Of a stretch of 64,000 nucleotides of DNA, positions 25,364 through 39,074 are shown piece after piece. Every line of letters begins with the position of its first letter. The first letter of the stretch is position 1. The position numbers and the translations under genes are program-made. The notes below the pieces were generated by a model, which was not told the origin of the DNA, ran no database searches, and saw nothing but the letters and a program-made list of their open reading frames with translations. The DNA comes from Moniliella sp. 'wahieum' (Eukaryota), in contig RSEE01000014.1 in assembly GCA_003971905.1 (NCBI GenBank), positions 868,001-932,000 of the forward strand, written 5' to 3'.

Positions 25364-25575
25364 CTGAACTGCCCCGTCGCAGCAATCGAAAACTGTACTG
25401 ATCGGTGGTATGGACGCCTAGTCACCTAGTCACCGATGCAGATGGATGGCGGCACGTGACGACAAGCCTCATGTGACATGTGATCGATGATCTCTCACGT
25501 GCTGCTGGTTGGCTGCTAGATTGATTTGCGGTGCGACAGGGGGCTTCGATTGCTGTTTTCGACGGGGCAGTTCAG
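25364..25575. mobile_element. Candidate MITE / inverted-repeat element flanked by TA dinucleotides
   Basis: Left arm CTGAACTGCCCCGTCG-CAGCAATCGAA (25364-25390) is the reverse complement of the right arm TTCGATTGCTG-tttt-CGACGGGGCAGTTCAG (25545-25575), apart from a 4-nt indel. TA lies at 25362-25363 and 25576-25577. No coding capacity. Confidence 0.5.
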
Positions 25576-25687
25576 TAACAGAAGTCTGAGTAACTGAGTA
25601 CACTCAGTGTCCGTCGATATCTATCGACGTCATCCGGGCAGGCTCATCCACATCTCCCTCCGAAGGCTCACCATACCCGCCCCCCAC

Positions 25688-28600
25688 ATGGCTTCCACAG
25701 CCGCAGGTGGTCCTGCTTCTGCTTCTGCTTCTGCCGCAGCCGCCGCTGCCACGAGCAGCCCCCAGGCCCCGCTGCCCCCGGCCTCTGGGCTGGACGGCCT
25801 TGCACCTGCGGCCTACGCCTTCGCCGCGTCCCCCCCCCACCCGTCCACGCCACCCCTCGCGATCTGGTTCCCTCGTCACGCCCGATGCTGCCGCCACGCC
25901 ACCCAGCTCCTTGTCGAGGGGGCCCACGCCTGCTCTCTCTCTTCCTCCCATGACCTCAATGCGCCTGCCGCAACAATTTGGCGCCGTGCACCTCGCATCC
26001 GTTTCAATGGCCAACGAGGAGGGGAGGAGGCAGAGGAGGAGCCCCTTACTAACTTGCAAGCCGAAGTGGCTAGTTACATTGCATTTCAAAATGCAGAAGG
26101 AACCGATCCGATCGCCACCTCGGCTAAGGCTGCTATGGCTTCCGCCGCCCACGAGCTGGTCGCGTCTGTCACCCAACTTCAACAGCATGCCAATACCCAT
26201 AATATCAAGTGTGGGTCGTTGTTGGGATCCGTGTCACGACTTCTAGCGCTTCCATTCTTATCAGAACAAGGAGGCAAGGCTCTCAAACGAGTCTCTTCCA
26301 CCTTCATCTCATCTGCCTCGCCAAACATTGCTGTGGCAACCTCTGCTGAAGACCAGGAGGAAACACTGGCTAGCGCAGCGACGGAACCATCGGTAGATGG
26401 CTTCCCTCGCCTCTCGGAAAGCGAGCAAACCCTCATGGCCAATCTGCTTGCCGGATTGCACGCCAAAGTAAGTGATGACAAGGCCAGTATTGCCCGAGCG
26501 GAGGAAGAAAAGCAAGCTTGTCGTGACGAACTGGAGCGCGCAACTAGGAAAGAGGAACTCAAAAAGAAACAGGAAGTGTTCATTAATTTTGCTGGTGGTC
26601 GACGCCCCTCGAGCATGGAAGGTTTTGAAGAGGATGTTGATCTTACCCCTGCGCAGAAGCTCGATTGCCTCAAACACGGGTTTGGGCCCATCCTAGATGC
26701 CAAGCTTCTTCGTAACTATGGGCAAGAGGAATATGTAAGAGCCCGCCCTCCTCATCGACTCATCCCAGATATCTTGGTTGCTAACGTTGGCGTAAGATCG
26801 GTGAACATGTTGGCGCCACAATCAGTCAGTAGGCCTGATTGGCTACTTTGCGCTCACAACACACCGCCTCTGCTTTTTGGCTCGCATCCCAAGCATGCAG
26901 CAGGTGGCAGTGATGGATGCACAAGCCGCTGCGCGTGAGGATGATGGGTCTCCTTCGCCTACTTCGCCTACGATGAGCGAGGAGTTGATGGGACATCTCA
27001 TCATCAAGGAAGGCTCCGCTGTACAACACCGCCGCGTGGAGGGTGTGTCAGCAGCGTTATTGTCCCGCCAGTCTGGCTTCAGCTTCAGCTTCGATCCTAG
27101 GGTCTGTTTGTGTACAGTTCGAGTGAAGCTGAGGCTCTGTATGAGCCATTAGAGATCTATCGTTTCGACGACATATTCTCTGTTGATCTCATTTACCACT
27201 CGTCCTACGCAACTTTTGTACACTTTTCGGTCAAAAAATCGGATGGTACCAAAGGAGACTTGGTTCGGTTTGAGCTGGGTACTCGAGTTGGCGCTCTGGA
27301 TTGGCGGCATCAGCTTCGAACCGCTCTCTTCCGCTCCCACGTCAATGCAAGCTTGGTCCGTCAGTCTATCCCTCTTGCTCAAATTACCCAGGTGTTGCAG
27401 TACAGCCTGTCCCACAATGTATTGCTCGAGCTCCAATTCCCTCCTGGGCAAACGCGGGTGCAAGGTGTGGGCTATGACTCGAGGCAAAACGCCTCGTTAC
27501 AGGACGTGATCGATATGCTGCTATCCAATGACCAGACCTCCTTGACGATCGCTATCCTTGGTCGCTCCCCCATGTCCAATGAGCTCATGGCCAAGTTTGA
27601 GAGGGCCGTGCGTTCGATGGCTGCCAAGCAACTTCCTCGCGACCAGCTCGGCCCCGAATGCAAATTACAGCTCTTGATTGACGGAGAGAAGGTCACCGAA
27701 CCAGTCACTTCAGGGCACGATCCAGAAGAGAAACGCAAGCCCCTCCCGGTTTCTACTCCGCCCGAGCTTGTACCATCCCATGTGGGGGCGGACTTTGCCC
27801 GCGAATTTGCGCTTGATCCTTCATGGATTAAAGCGGTTTACCACACCCAACTGTGGAAGAACAAGGTGCCCTATCGTGGGAGTCTGTGCCTTTCATCCGA
27901 CTACATTTGCTTTCTTCGCGCGAGTACACGGTTACACAGCCCTACCGTTTACATTCCCATTACCCACCTTCATGGTGCCGAGGCAGGAACGAGGCACCTA
28001 GCATTTTCCACGTTGGCCCTTCAGATCAAGGGACACAATGATATTCTGTTCCTGTTTGTGTCGAAGCAGAAGCGCGACGCGGCGCTCACCCAGATCAACC
28101 AACTGGTTCACGAGATCCATGGACGACTGAGGGATGCTGCGCGGACGAAGACCAGGTCGGTATTTGACTTTCTGCACCCCACGCTCCCCACCTCTTCACT
28201 CAATTACATCCCCAAGGCACTCAATGATGACAGCCGATTGCACATTCGCACCCCCCCTCGTCGCTTCTGCATCCCCGCCATTGGCTCCCGTGGGGATGTG
28301 CAACCCCTCATCGCACTAGGACGCGCCCTAATGCAGCATAAACATACCGTCCGCATCGTCTCCCACCCTGAGTACGAAGACTGGGTTCGTGGTCACGGAC
28401 TCGACTTTCTGCTGCCGGCGGAGACCCGGTGCGCTGATGGCCCTGTTTGTCGAGCACCGTCTTTTCTCCCCCGGTTCTTCACCCATTCGGTGGCCAAGTT
28501 CCGTGCCTGGATGGATGATTTGCTGCGGGAGGTATATGAGGGATGCTACGATGCCGATGTGATCCTCGAGGCGCCTCAGACAATGGCGGGTATCCATGTT

Positions 28601-30188
28601 GCGGAGCGATTGGGCGTGCCCTATTTTCGCATCTTCACCATGCCGTGGACCAAGACGGCTGCCTACCCACAAGCGTTCAGTGTGCCACCGGTCGACTTGG
28701 GCAGCCACTTCAACCTGATGAGCTACGCCCTGTTTGACCAAGTGTTTTGGGCAGCAAGCTCGGGACAGATCAATCGGTGGGCAAGAAGCTTGGTCTCAAT
28801 CCACCACCTTGGCCGAGTTGGATCAAGGCAGCGTGCCGTTTCTTTACAACTTTTCCTCGGCCGTCGTGCCCGTGCCCACCGACTGGGACGACAATATTTG
28901 TGTCGGGCTACTGGTTCCTCCCCACCCACAAGACAGAGTGGGAGCCACCGGACGACTTGGTCGCTTTCTTACAAGAAGGCCGGCGCCAAGGCAAGAAGTT
29001 GGCCTACTGTGGCTTTGGCTCCATCGTCATCGACGACCCGGACGCGATGACGCGCAACTTGTATGCGCGGTGGAGCAGGCGGGGGTGCATGCGATCGTAG
29101 CCAAGGGCTGTCCGCTCGGATGAAGAAGGAGACGACAGAGACCGAAGCCATCCCGGTGCCGTCCTGTTGCTATCTCGTGGACTCGATCCCGCACGACTGG
29201 CTTTTCCCTCAGATTGACATTGCGCTACACCACGGCGGAGCGGGCACGACGGGCGCCTCGTTGCGCGCTTCGCTGGTCACGGCCATCAAGCCCTTTTTTG
29301 GCGACCAATTTTTCTGGGCAGCGCGTTCAAAAGTTGGGCGCCGGCGTGCGGGTCGCGTCGCTGTCGACGAACGATTTGGCGTCAGCGAAAAGAGCAGCTG
29401 AGGATCGGATCATGCAGGAGAAGGCCAAACAGGTCGGTGCGAGCATCGTGGCAGAAGACGGGCCGTCCAAGGCGATTGGGTTTTTGTATAGCAACCTGAT
29501 CCGCGCGCGTCGCCAGCCTCGGTTCCGGGACGACTGAATCTGCCACCAAGATAAACTCGTCTTCTATCACGGCGTGGATGAAGAGAGGGGACGGAAGAAC
29601 GGAAGAACACCGCATTAGACGTGAGTTCGGATGTCCCCTCCCACTCCCTACAATCGTCGCGCAAGACGCCGCAAGAGACGAACCCACTTGTCCTTCTCGC
29701 AAGACTTCCCAAGACGCCAATCCCACCCTCTCTGACGAAGCTAATGAAACCGATACGGAGACCAGCGCATCGGACCCAGGCCTGCGCTCCACTAGCAACC
29801 GGCTTTTCCGCAAGATTGGACCAGGTTAGTTCTCCAACGGTACTGAAGAGCGCGCCAGGATTTCGCCACACAAGGAAACGACGACGTTGATCCCCTGCTT
29901 ACCCCCCGTTCCTATTCTTCCCACCTGCCCGGCTTGCCCACCCTCGATGGTCTGCCCAAGCTCTCGCTCATTTCGGCGCTGCGCCAGATGGTCGACTCGG
30001 ACAAGGCAGAGGAAGAAGAGGCGAATGGTGCGGAGCGAAACCATGCGGCCCGATCCGTTGCCCTCGAAGACCGAGCGCATGCTCAGCAGTTGCTGCCCAA
30101 GCAAATTGAGCTTCGCCTTGCGCATCACCTAGCCCAACATACCCAGGATATGTACCCTAACCCAGCCGCCCCGTCTCCACGTGTGTAA
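25688..30188 (+). CDS. ATG26: Sterol 3-beta-glucosyltransferase (UGT51/Atg26) with GRAM/PH-like N-terminal region
   Basis: GT28/UGT motifs IGSRGDVQPLIALG...VRIVSHPEYEDWV, MAGIHVAERLGVPYFRIFTMPWTKT..YPQAF, IPHDWLFPQID...HHGGAGTTGASLRA, KPFFGDQFFW. The catalytic domain ends ~29537; a frameshifted tail probably extends to 30188. Confidence 0.9.
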
Positions 30189-30494
30189 CTAATTGTTGTG
30201 GTACCCATGTCAATCGATGTTCTGTCATGAAATGCCGAGGTTGAACAGGGCAATGCGTAGCAGATATGAGAACTATTAGGCCCACAGGGGCGCAGGAGTG
30301 AAACGGGGTGTGTGCCAGGTGGTGAAACAGATGCGGCAACTTCGCCACTCAGGGTTTCTCCTTTTCCTTCCCCCCACCATCCCTTCCGCCACAGACGTGA
30401 CCGGATCGCAGGACCGATTTAATTTGCCGCCATGGCCAGCTCGACCGAGGGCACGTCCTGCGGCCAGTGGCCCCCACGCCCACCTGGGACCGTC

Positions 30495-32883
30495 ATGGCC
30501 ACCAGCGCCGTGCCGCTTCCCGCCGAGCTCCCAGCTCAGCGTCCCGTTGGCGCGACTGAGATCCTCCTCCTCCGCCCCAGCTGCCCTCGGATCCTGCCTA
30601 TCCATCTCTCGTTTCTCCCCTGCCCCCGAACCGACCAAGCGCGCGCACAGCAAAAGTACCGACAAAGACAAACGTCCCGAGACTGCCCCGGCAGACGCCT
30701 CGTCCATGGTCTCCCTCCGTCCATCCGGTTGGATCCCCGTGCCATCCGTGCGGCGCTGAAGGACCTAGGCCAGACTTGGAAGGACGACGAACTCGCGCCT
30801 TCCGTTCCACTGCGCCATGGCCGGGCGCACATGCCAGCCCCGCCGTCCCTGCCGTCCCTGCCGTCCCTGCCGTCCCTGCTGTCCCCGCCCCCTGCCGTCC
30901 CCCCGCTCCTGCCTTTCCCGCCGCCGGATCCAGCGGCGAAAGTGAAGGGGTGCCAAGTGAGTTGTGGGAGGACCTACGCACGATCTTAGCCCACCGGGGG
31001 GCGAGGGGGCAAGGTACCACCCCGCTTGGCCCGTCGCCGTCGCTCCATTCCTACGCTTGCCTCTTTCTTGGGCACGAGCTCGGCCAAGGCCCGCCACCCG
31101 GTCTCGGGTCGCGACCGAAGCAGCTCGAGCCACCCGAAACCCCTCCCCCCGTCCCAGGGCCTTGAGACGCAAAAGGAAGAAGAAGGCATACCTAGTGGCC
31201 TGTGCGATGCCTGTCGTACTCCTGGTTCGCTCTTGTGCTGCGACGAGTGCGAGCGAGCTTTCCATTTTACGTGCATGGACCCGCCTTGGGACCTGGACCG
31301 TCTGCCACCCGGCCTGGTGCACGATGCACCTTGGTCTTGCAATGTGTGTCGGGCGCAGAAGCTGGAAGCGTCCGGCTTGCGACCCGGGGCCAGCCGATGC
31401 AACAAAAGTCCTCGCACGCCCCCAAGCAACGACGACGAAACGACCTCGCCGCCCACTCGCTTGCTCCAGCCGCTGTTGCACGACCTGGCACGCCAAAACC
31501 CACGCGAGTTTGGCTTGCCTCCCGAGCTACAGGGCTACTTCAAGGGCGTCGCTGCCGACTCGGGCGGGGTGTATGTGGATACAGACATGCTCCTGCCCTG
31601 GCGACCCGTGACGATCAAGACGACCAAGCTCCGTCTCCCGCCCGTGCGGGACCCGTATCGGCTGCGCGACAAGGCCGGCCTCGTGCTCTGCTTTCGGTGC
31701 GGCCAGAGCAGTTTGCCCCCGCTCCAACAGCCAGCGGTCCAGCAGGCACGACCGCACCGCGGCCGCGTTGGCTCTTGACCCGGGCAGTGGCAACCCGCCG
31801 GGTCGGGCTTGCTCAGCTGCGACTTTTGCCCGCTGCATTGGCACCTCGATTGTCTGCCTTGCCCTCTGGAGCCTGCTCCGTCGTCGCTCACAAGTGGCGC
31901 TGTCCCGCGCATACCGCCCACGTTGCTCCTCCTGCTCGGCAGGCCCAGCATGCGGCGGGAACCAGTCGGGTGCTTGACTTGCCCGCTGCGCCCGCCGAGC
32001 GGGGACAGAGGGACATTGGCGGGGGGAAAGAATGGGCCCGCCTGGGGAGGATGAGGATAAGGTCGGTACAGTCTGTCGGAGCGAGCGGTGCAGGAAGCGT
32101 TTTGGTCCCAAGCCAACAAGGGCGTGGCAAGCTTGCAAGCGTATGCCACACGCCACGCCCTCGCTGCCTCTCGCCATGCTCACCTCACCCTCACCCGTTC
32201 CGGCCAGCAGTACCGCCTCACCCTCCCGTCCGACCTAGCTGCCTGCCCCCGACCGACCCCCGCCCCCGTAGCCTGCCTCGCCGAGGAATGGAAACGGATC
32301 ACGACAGTACGTTCACTTCCCCCCAAAAAGGGACAGGAGAAGGAGAGGGCATGGAACACACGCCCCCCCCCCCACCCTGCCCCCTGCCCCGGTCCCCCTT
32401 CGCCCTACAAGACTTGACTGACTTTCTCTCTGCAGGCGGTGGCTACCCCGCGCCGCTCGACACCTGCCTCACCTTCCTTGCTCCGTCCGATGACGCGCCT
32501 ACCACCGACGAGCACAGTGTCATCGTCCTGCCACCAGGCAGGCCACCGCGCCCACGACGCACGTGGCGGGAGAACCGGCGCGGCAGCGCTGCCTCCCGTC
32601 TCGGCACAGCAAGACGACCGGTGAAGCGCACCGACGGGACGCGGTTCTGCAGCACCAACGCAAGCGCAAGCGCAGGCGCTCCCTCGGATCGGCCGCTGGA
32701 CCCAGCTCCTCTGGCCAGCCGGCACGACCGGCCGGATCGACGGGCGCGGTACAGGTACAGGGCGCGGATGCCGAGGCGGCGCTGTGGCACTCGACCCTCC
32801 TGGTCGCGCAGGACACGGCGGCCCAACTGGCCGCGGCTCAGAAGGTGGTGGCGTACGTGGAGAACAGGCAGCGAAGCGGTTAG
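30495..32883 (+). CDS. Double-PHD-finger protein, Rco1/Cph1-like (Rpd3S HDAC subunit)
   Basis: PHD1 CDACRTPGSLLCCDECERAFHFTCMDPP...WSCNVC; linker NPREFGLPPELQGYFKGV; PHD2 LCFRCGQSS...LSCDFCPLHWHLDCL...KWRCPAH. Start is approximate. Confidence 0.8.
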
Positions 32884-33342
32884 GGCGGCAGAGAGAGCAA
32901 GAGTGGGCCGTGCAGGACGACAGGCCAGAGCAGGCCAGCACAGAATCCATGCTGGTACCACGCAAAGCAGTCCGACATCACATGTGACATGCCTGTGACA
33001 TAGCGCAGCCTCGGGATGGATGATGCAATGGATGATGCGGATGGCGGTGTGTGTGTGATGTGTGGATGCGCTGATGCGCTGACCAAAAAAGATGAAATGT
33101 GACATGTGACCGGTGACCGCCGGACCGACGCACGGGGGGCTGTGCTGGGCAGCCCGGGCGCGCGGGACTGCCCCCGTGCGGCGGCAGGGGCGAGAGGTCA
33201 TGGTCACGCATGGGCGGCGCGGCGCTCACCGGTGGCGGCCAGCCCAACGGCCGCTGCCGCCGCCGCGTCGCCGGCGCTCCCCGCCGCCTCCCCGCCGCCT
33301 CCCGCCGCCTCCCCGCCGCTGCTGCTCCCCGCCCGCCCCACC

Positions 33343-34011
33343 ATGTCTGCCCCCGCTGCCCCGGCGCCGCCCTCGCCGCCCTCAGCGCCCGCCGCCGCGC
33401 GCGCGCTCCCCCCTGCCCCCCGCCTGGGCCAACGCCGCCAAGCAGGCCAAGTTCATCCTCGGCGGCGGCCTCCCCGCCTGGTACCTCAACGTGCCCTCCC
33501 GCCTCTACCACGCCGTCGCCGCCGAGCAGCCCATGTTCTGGACCCGCCCGCTCGCCGTCCTGGCGCTCGTCTGCATGCTCGCCACCGTCCTTCTCTTTGC
33601 CTATGTCCTCCTCCTCCCCGCCCGTGGCCACCAGCCCAACGTACGTCCTCTGCCTCTCCTCGCTCCTCCGCCCGTTCCTCTGTCCGCGCCCGCGCCGTAG
33701 CTGACCTTCTCCAACAGTATGCACGCTGGCACGAAGACGCCAGCCTACGCCGCCTCATTGCCCAACTCACCCTGACCATCGTGGTGGGGCATGTATCTCT
33801 CCTGCTCCTTCTCTCGCCCGTGGGCGCCAGCGGGCCGCCTCCGTACGGCTGGCGCGTTGGCGCCCTGCTGACGTGGGCCAAAGAGGTCATGGTCAACCGC
33901 CAACTAACCGAGGTGCACTTTTGGGCGTGGGCCGGCGCGCTGACGGGCGCACGTGCTCCTTCCTCTTCCTCTTCGGCGTCGTGGACCTATTGGGTTCCCT
34001 GCGGCCTCTGA
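33343..34011 (+). CDS. Small multi-pass membrane protein of unknown function
   Basis: Hydrophobic segments QAKFILGGGLPAWYL, LAVLALVCMLATVLLFAYVLLLP and LIAQLTLTIVVGHVSLLLLL. A canonical intron 33641-33717 (GTACGT...CTGAC...CAG) joins QPN|YARW in frame. Confidence 0.6.
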   Translation: MSAPAAPAPPSPPSAPAAARALPPAPRLGQRRQAGQVHPRRRPPRLVPQRALPPLPRRRRRAAHVLDPPARRPGARLHARHRPSLCLCPPPPRPWPPAQRTSSASPRSSARSSVRARAVADLLQQYARWHEDASLRRLIAQLTLTIVVGHVSLLLLLSPVGASGPPPYGWRVGALLTWAKEVMVNRQLTEVHFWAWAGALTGARAPSSSSSASWTYWVPCGL

Positions 34012-35422
34012 GCAGGCAGCCAAGCAACAAGGCGGACTAACCCCCCCCCCCTGCCCCCCCAATATCCGTCCACACTTCGCCACCAGTCTATGAGGATACC
34101 AGCGTTATGCCCTCGCCCCCCCCTCCCCCTCTCGCTCCACTCCCCCCCGACTCCCTTTATTTTTTTCTTTTGTGGTTTCCGCACTGTCCTGCCCTGCCCC
34201 TGCCGAACTCGATGATGATGATGACCCGCCCGATGGATCGGACTTGTGTCCTTCCCCTCGCGTTCGTTTGCCCTTTCCGCCTCTGCCCTGCTGGTGGACT
34301 AAAACCCGGCGCCCCGACCCCCCCTCGTGACGCCTTGTGACACGCGCTTCGCTTCCACCTCCCCCTGCACCTGCACGTACCCCTGTACATGCATCCTGCG
34401 TTAATCTGGTGACGACACTGCGCTTCCTTCCTCGTCTTACTTGTCTTCCTTGCCTCCCCCTCGCTTGCCCCGGGGATCCTCTGTCCCCCGAGCCCAAGAC
34501 AACAGTAAAAGTAAAGACCACGGGCAACGTAACTTGGAAGACAGGGGCTTGGCACGTATTCCTCCACACCCGACGCGAGTGCCGCGCCTGACCAGACAGA
34601 GTAAGGCAGGCGAGGCGCGGGAGATGAGGGACAGGGAGGTGTGGTGGTAGGACACATGTACTTGGCTCGCTAGGCGGGAAAGTTTCGGGCAGAGCAAGCG
34701 GAGGAGCCGGCTACGGTGCTATGCACGCAGCCGCACCGACGGGCTCAGCTCAGGCCTACGCTCTAACGACAAAAGAGAAGAAAACGTACAGGCCAGCTTT
34801 GTTCACTGTTCTGGGCACGCCGCCGCGTTCATCGACACCTCTCCGCTGCCGAACATTGGTTCTGGCTCAGGAGGCCTACGTATCTTGTAGCCCACGTGGG
34901 TTCGCCCCCCAACGCCGTCTGGGTCCAGCAACTGGTGGGCGTAGCGGTGAAGATCCGCGGGAGCATGGTGTGCCGTTCGCTCCGACTCGATGTGCGTCCC
35001 CATCACATCCTGTCCCTTGTCGCGCCAGGTGCAAGCCTGCCTGTCTATAGCCACGGTGGTCCTGTGAGGCTGAAGAACGCCTGTCAATCCTCGATTCCTC
35101 ACCACAATAAGCATTAGGTTATTTGGTCCGAGCTGCATCTGGGAGATTTGCTAAGGGCACACCCTTAGTCCCGGGCGGACAAGCATAGTCCCCAAGTTGT
35201 TGGCCGAGGCGATGGTGGAAGCGCAACGGAACCCATGGAAGCGGAAGCACAACGGAACATATGCCAGGATGTCGTCCGCCCCATGCTCCCCCCCCGCGCT
35301 TTCACGCCATGGGAGTGCGTGTGCCGCCTCGGTACACACACAGCACCATCGCAAGCCGCGACTTTTGTCCAGTGCGGAGCGGACCCGAAACGTCGCGCGC
35401 TGCGCGCGGCCGCCGATGACAG

Positions 35423-38400
35423 CTATGAAATGTGGATCCCACCATCGTGCGAGGCAAGCGCAGCAAGCCGTTGCCCGCGCAGCGACCGGTCTGGGTGGTC
35501 CAACCCGAGACCATGCTGTCCCGGTTGAATCAGGGCAAAGGGTTGGTCGGTCTCGTGGAGGTACTCGGGCGCACGAACGACGCCGAGGGTAAGACGCGCA
35601 AACCGGAGACGCGCAACCTCGTTGTTGGACAGGGCCAGACGCGCTTGCATCCGTTTCCTCAGCCCGCCCAACATCTCGCCCGGATAGAGCACCATCCGAA
35701 ACGGAACCCCATTCGCCCGACGCACGTCCCGAGTGAAATGCGATACCTCCACCACCCTTGGGCGGGGCGCAGTCTCGCCCCCCCCTCCCCGACCCCTGAC
35801 GCTGTGCTTCCACCCAGGATCTGAGCGTACACCACCTCCAACTCGTCGCCCGGTACTTCCTCTGCCAACAGTTCCGCCCCCTCGTCCAGCAGCGACAGAG
35901 GCGAGGTGCTGGCGAGCTGGATTTGGCGTCTTCCGTCGTCAGACAAGAGCGAGAGACGGATGCGGGCAGCACGAGGTAAGCCATTCGCAATCGATTCGGA
36001 CCGCAGTGGTTCCAGCACCAGTTCCTCTTCCCCTGCCCGATCGTGCGACGGTCGCAGCATCGGGACGAGGGGATGGGGACCTACCAAGCGGGTTTCGGCC
36101 AGCTCGCGCTGCACCACCGCCAAGGATACGTTCATGGGCATGCGAATGGACAGAGCGGCCTGCTCCTTGTTGTGAATGCCCATCCAAAACACAGTTAGCG
36201 ATCGCAGCGCTTCAATTTCCACCAGGGGAACGGACAACCGTTCGTAGAATAGCACAGCCTCGGATGCTGGTGGCAAGCCCAGGCTGCCAGAGGTCGCCAC
36301 CTCTTGCAAGGCCGCTGGCGCGTCGGATCGAAGCACCTGCAAGGGCTCCCCGTCCGGGCCGTTGGCCAATACGAAGCGCAGTTTGCCCGGATCATGGTGC
36401 AACAATGTACCAATCCGCTGGGCCACGCTTCATATGGAAGCTGCCGGTGCAATGTCAGGGTCATCTCTGGACTCTCCGCTCCGTCTTCCACGTTCTCCTG
36501 GGCCCATTCGACGGCTTCGTGACGAGCAAGGGGCTTGAACGTGATCGTGAGCTGGTGGGTGAGAAAGCGATAAAACGAGGGAGCGTCAGGACAAATGCCT
36601 TGCCTCATCAGCTCCTTGGCCGTCAACTCGGGCAACGCTTCTTGGAAACAAACAATGTCCCCGTTTTGGATCTCGGCTCGAGTCAGGGTGTGGTCTGGCG
36701 GCATGGACTCAATCATCCCAGCGCGAATCTCCTCGTACAAGTCCACGGGCCTTGACGCGGGCCAGTCCATCGTCGTGCGCACCCTGGTGGCGAGCGAACG
36801 GACACGATCCGTCAGGCGCACATACGCCTGGTCCACCACCCTCATCGTCTGCTTGGCCACATCAAAATGTTTGAGGAAAATGAAGCGGTACGCCTCGGGC
36901 TCGGCCCGTACGCCCCGTGGGACTTTGCTCACTCGTTCCAAAAATACGCGCAGCTCCTCGGTCCGCGTCGCGTACCTCCCTCGTACCTTGTCCACTGTCC
37001 ACTTCTCGTCGTCCTCCACCACCCGATCCGGACGCACCGTCTGGTTCTCCCGCCGGACCAGCACCCACACTCGTACCTCCCGTGCATCCAGCTCCAGGCG
37101 CTGCGCCAGGCGCGCCTTGACACTAGCAAACGTCTCTTGCTTCCGTACCTGTACCCCTGGCACATCCACCATCGTCTGTACCGTCCCATCATCGGACAGA
37201 TGTGCGAGATCGAGACCTTGGTACGTGCGCAGCCAGTCCAGTGTCAGGTATCGCACTTGAAGCGACAGCTGTCGTTCCTCTCGCTCGCGCTGCAGCGCGT
37301 GCTGGTGCTTCCGTTCCTCGACAAGCCGCCTGGGTAAGTGGGCGGGGGTATCCTCCGGTTCCAACGGACGTAGCACATGCGCAACCTGGCTGGTACGGAT
37401 ATAGACCAACATGTAAGCGTTGGTGCAACGAGCCAGGCGGGCGTTCGGAATCGTATCAAACCCATTCTTCCCACTAGGTTCGCCGCCATAGTTGTCTTCC
37501 AGCACCTCCTGCATCGTGGCGGGCGTGACGCGCTCGTCGTCGAACTTGAACCAGCCGCCCGTGGGAGCCGGCTTGAGCAAAGCAAAGTAGTCCGCCCGAT
37601 AGGTCGCCCGAGTGAACCAGCACCCCATGCAACGTGTACCGCCAGTCTTCTCCGTACGTGGGGCTGGCGCGGTCGAGAAACGCACCCAAATCCATCTCGA
37701 GCGGGAACTCGTGGCGGTCATTGATCTTGATCATCGCGTCCGACTCGACATGGTACTCGAACCGTTTCAGCTGCAAGTGCAAGACGGGCGGGAAAGACTG
37801 GAAAATGACTCCCTTGGTCGCATCTTGCAGTCCGTATCCTTCGGCTTGGTACTGATTCACCCCTTCCAACCGCTCCTCTTGAATGTAGTTGTGAAACGAG
37901 TCGAGCAAGGTGGGCATCCCCTTGACGTTGAGCTGTACATCGTAAAACTCTTCTTCGCGGCTCGACTGGTAGGGAACATGAAGGCAGCGAAGAACTTTTC
38001 ATCTTGCCGACAACAACTTACCGATCATCCCATCCGCTTGCGTCGCTTTCATTTGCGCTTCGAGCTTGGCTTGGAGCACACGGTTAAACTCTTGAACGTC
38101 ATGCTGCAAGAACGAATCGAGTGATTTCCAGCCAAAGGAGCGGTCAGCTCGGTCGTGCTCACCGCTTCGTCCGACGTTTGCAACTGGTAAACACACGTTG
38201 CAGCGCCAACGCCACACTTTCCTCTGCTACCTCCGTCTCGGTTGGGATGGCGTACACAGCCCGACGAAAGAGCGGAGTGCAATAGAGCGATTGGAGCAAC
38301 GAGTTCATATAGCACGTTGCCCCTTGGTTCTTGATCCCCACAAAGCCCGTCACGCGCTTAGAATCGTATGGAGCAAACGGGGGCGCCATCCCCGCCCTTT

Positions 38401-39074
38401 CGTCCGAGACCACCTTTACATACGCCGTCACCCGCACCGCGTCCGCCTGCCTCGCCTCGCGGTTGGCGCCCAGCATCAATCCTTGCAGGCTGGCGTGACT
38501 ACAGAATTGGGTGAAGCCCCAATCGGCCTCGCTGGGCGCGAACCGGTGCTGGCTCGTGTCGTGGATCAAGACGGCCGGATCAAGCGGGTTGGACAGGACC
38601 AAGGTGAAGTGCACATGGGCGGCAGCGTCTCGCTCCCTTTCTTGTCGCGGCAAGGCAGAAGGAGAGGGAGGAGGTAGATCCGAACCGGTCGGGTGCGCCT
38701 CCTCCCTTGTTCCAGCAAGAGACGAGCCAAAATCAACACACTCGAGGTAGAGCGAGACAAGGCCTGTGGCGGCGGGCCCAGTGGCCTGCGGGAACAGCAC
38801 AAGGCGAAAGCGGTAGTCGGCACAGACGAATTCGGGGCTGGCCAGGCGGGTGGGAGCGTGGGCCAGTCACTCACATCCCAATGAAACCAAGCAAACCCTT
38901 TCTCCTCCTCACCCGGCGCGAGCCGGAGGTGGTCGTGAAACGCCTGGCCTGGCACGCCGACGTTAGTACCCAGCCGCACGCCAATAGGAAGGGGGACGCA
39001 CTGTCGACTGCCGAGAGCGCGGGAGTGGGCGGCGAGAGAGCAGCAAAGCGGTCGGGCTCGGCTGGGACATGCAT
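35423..39074 (-). CDS. UBP15: Ubiquitin C-terminal hydrolase USP7/Ubp15 (MATH + USP + Ubl domains)
   Basis: MATH domain (VSLYLE, HRFAPSEADWGFTQF); YDSKRVTGFVGIKNQGATCYMNSLLQSL; SFGWKSLDSFLQHDVQEFNRVL; FPPVLHLQLKRFEY; LHGVLVHSGDLSGG; NAYMLVYIR; AEIQNGDIVCFQ; C-terminal LGLDHPDR. Many frameshifts. Confidence 0.93.

Noticed and set aside
34700..35400. Short ORFs between the small membrane-protein gene and the UBP15 3' end
   Set aside because: No recognisable motif or consistent exon structure.
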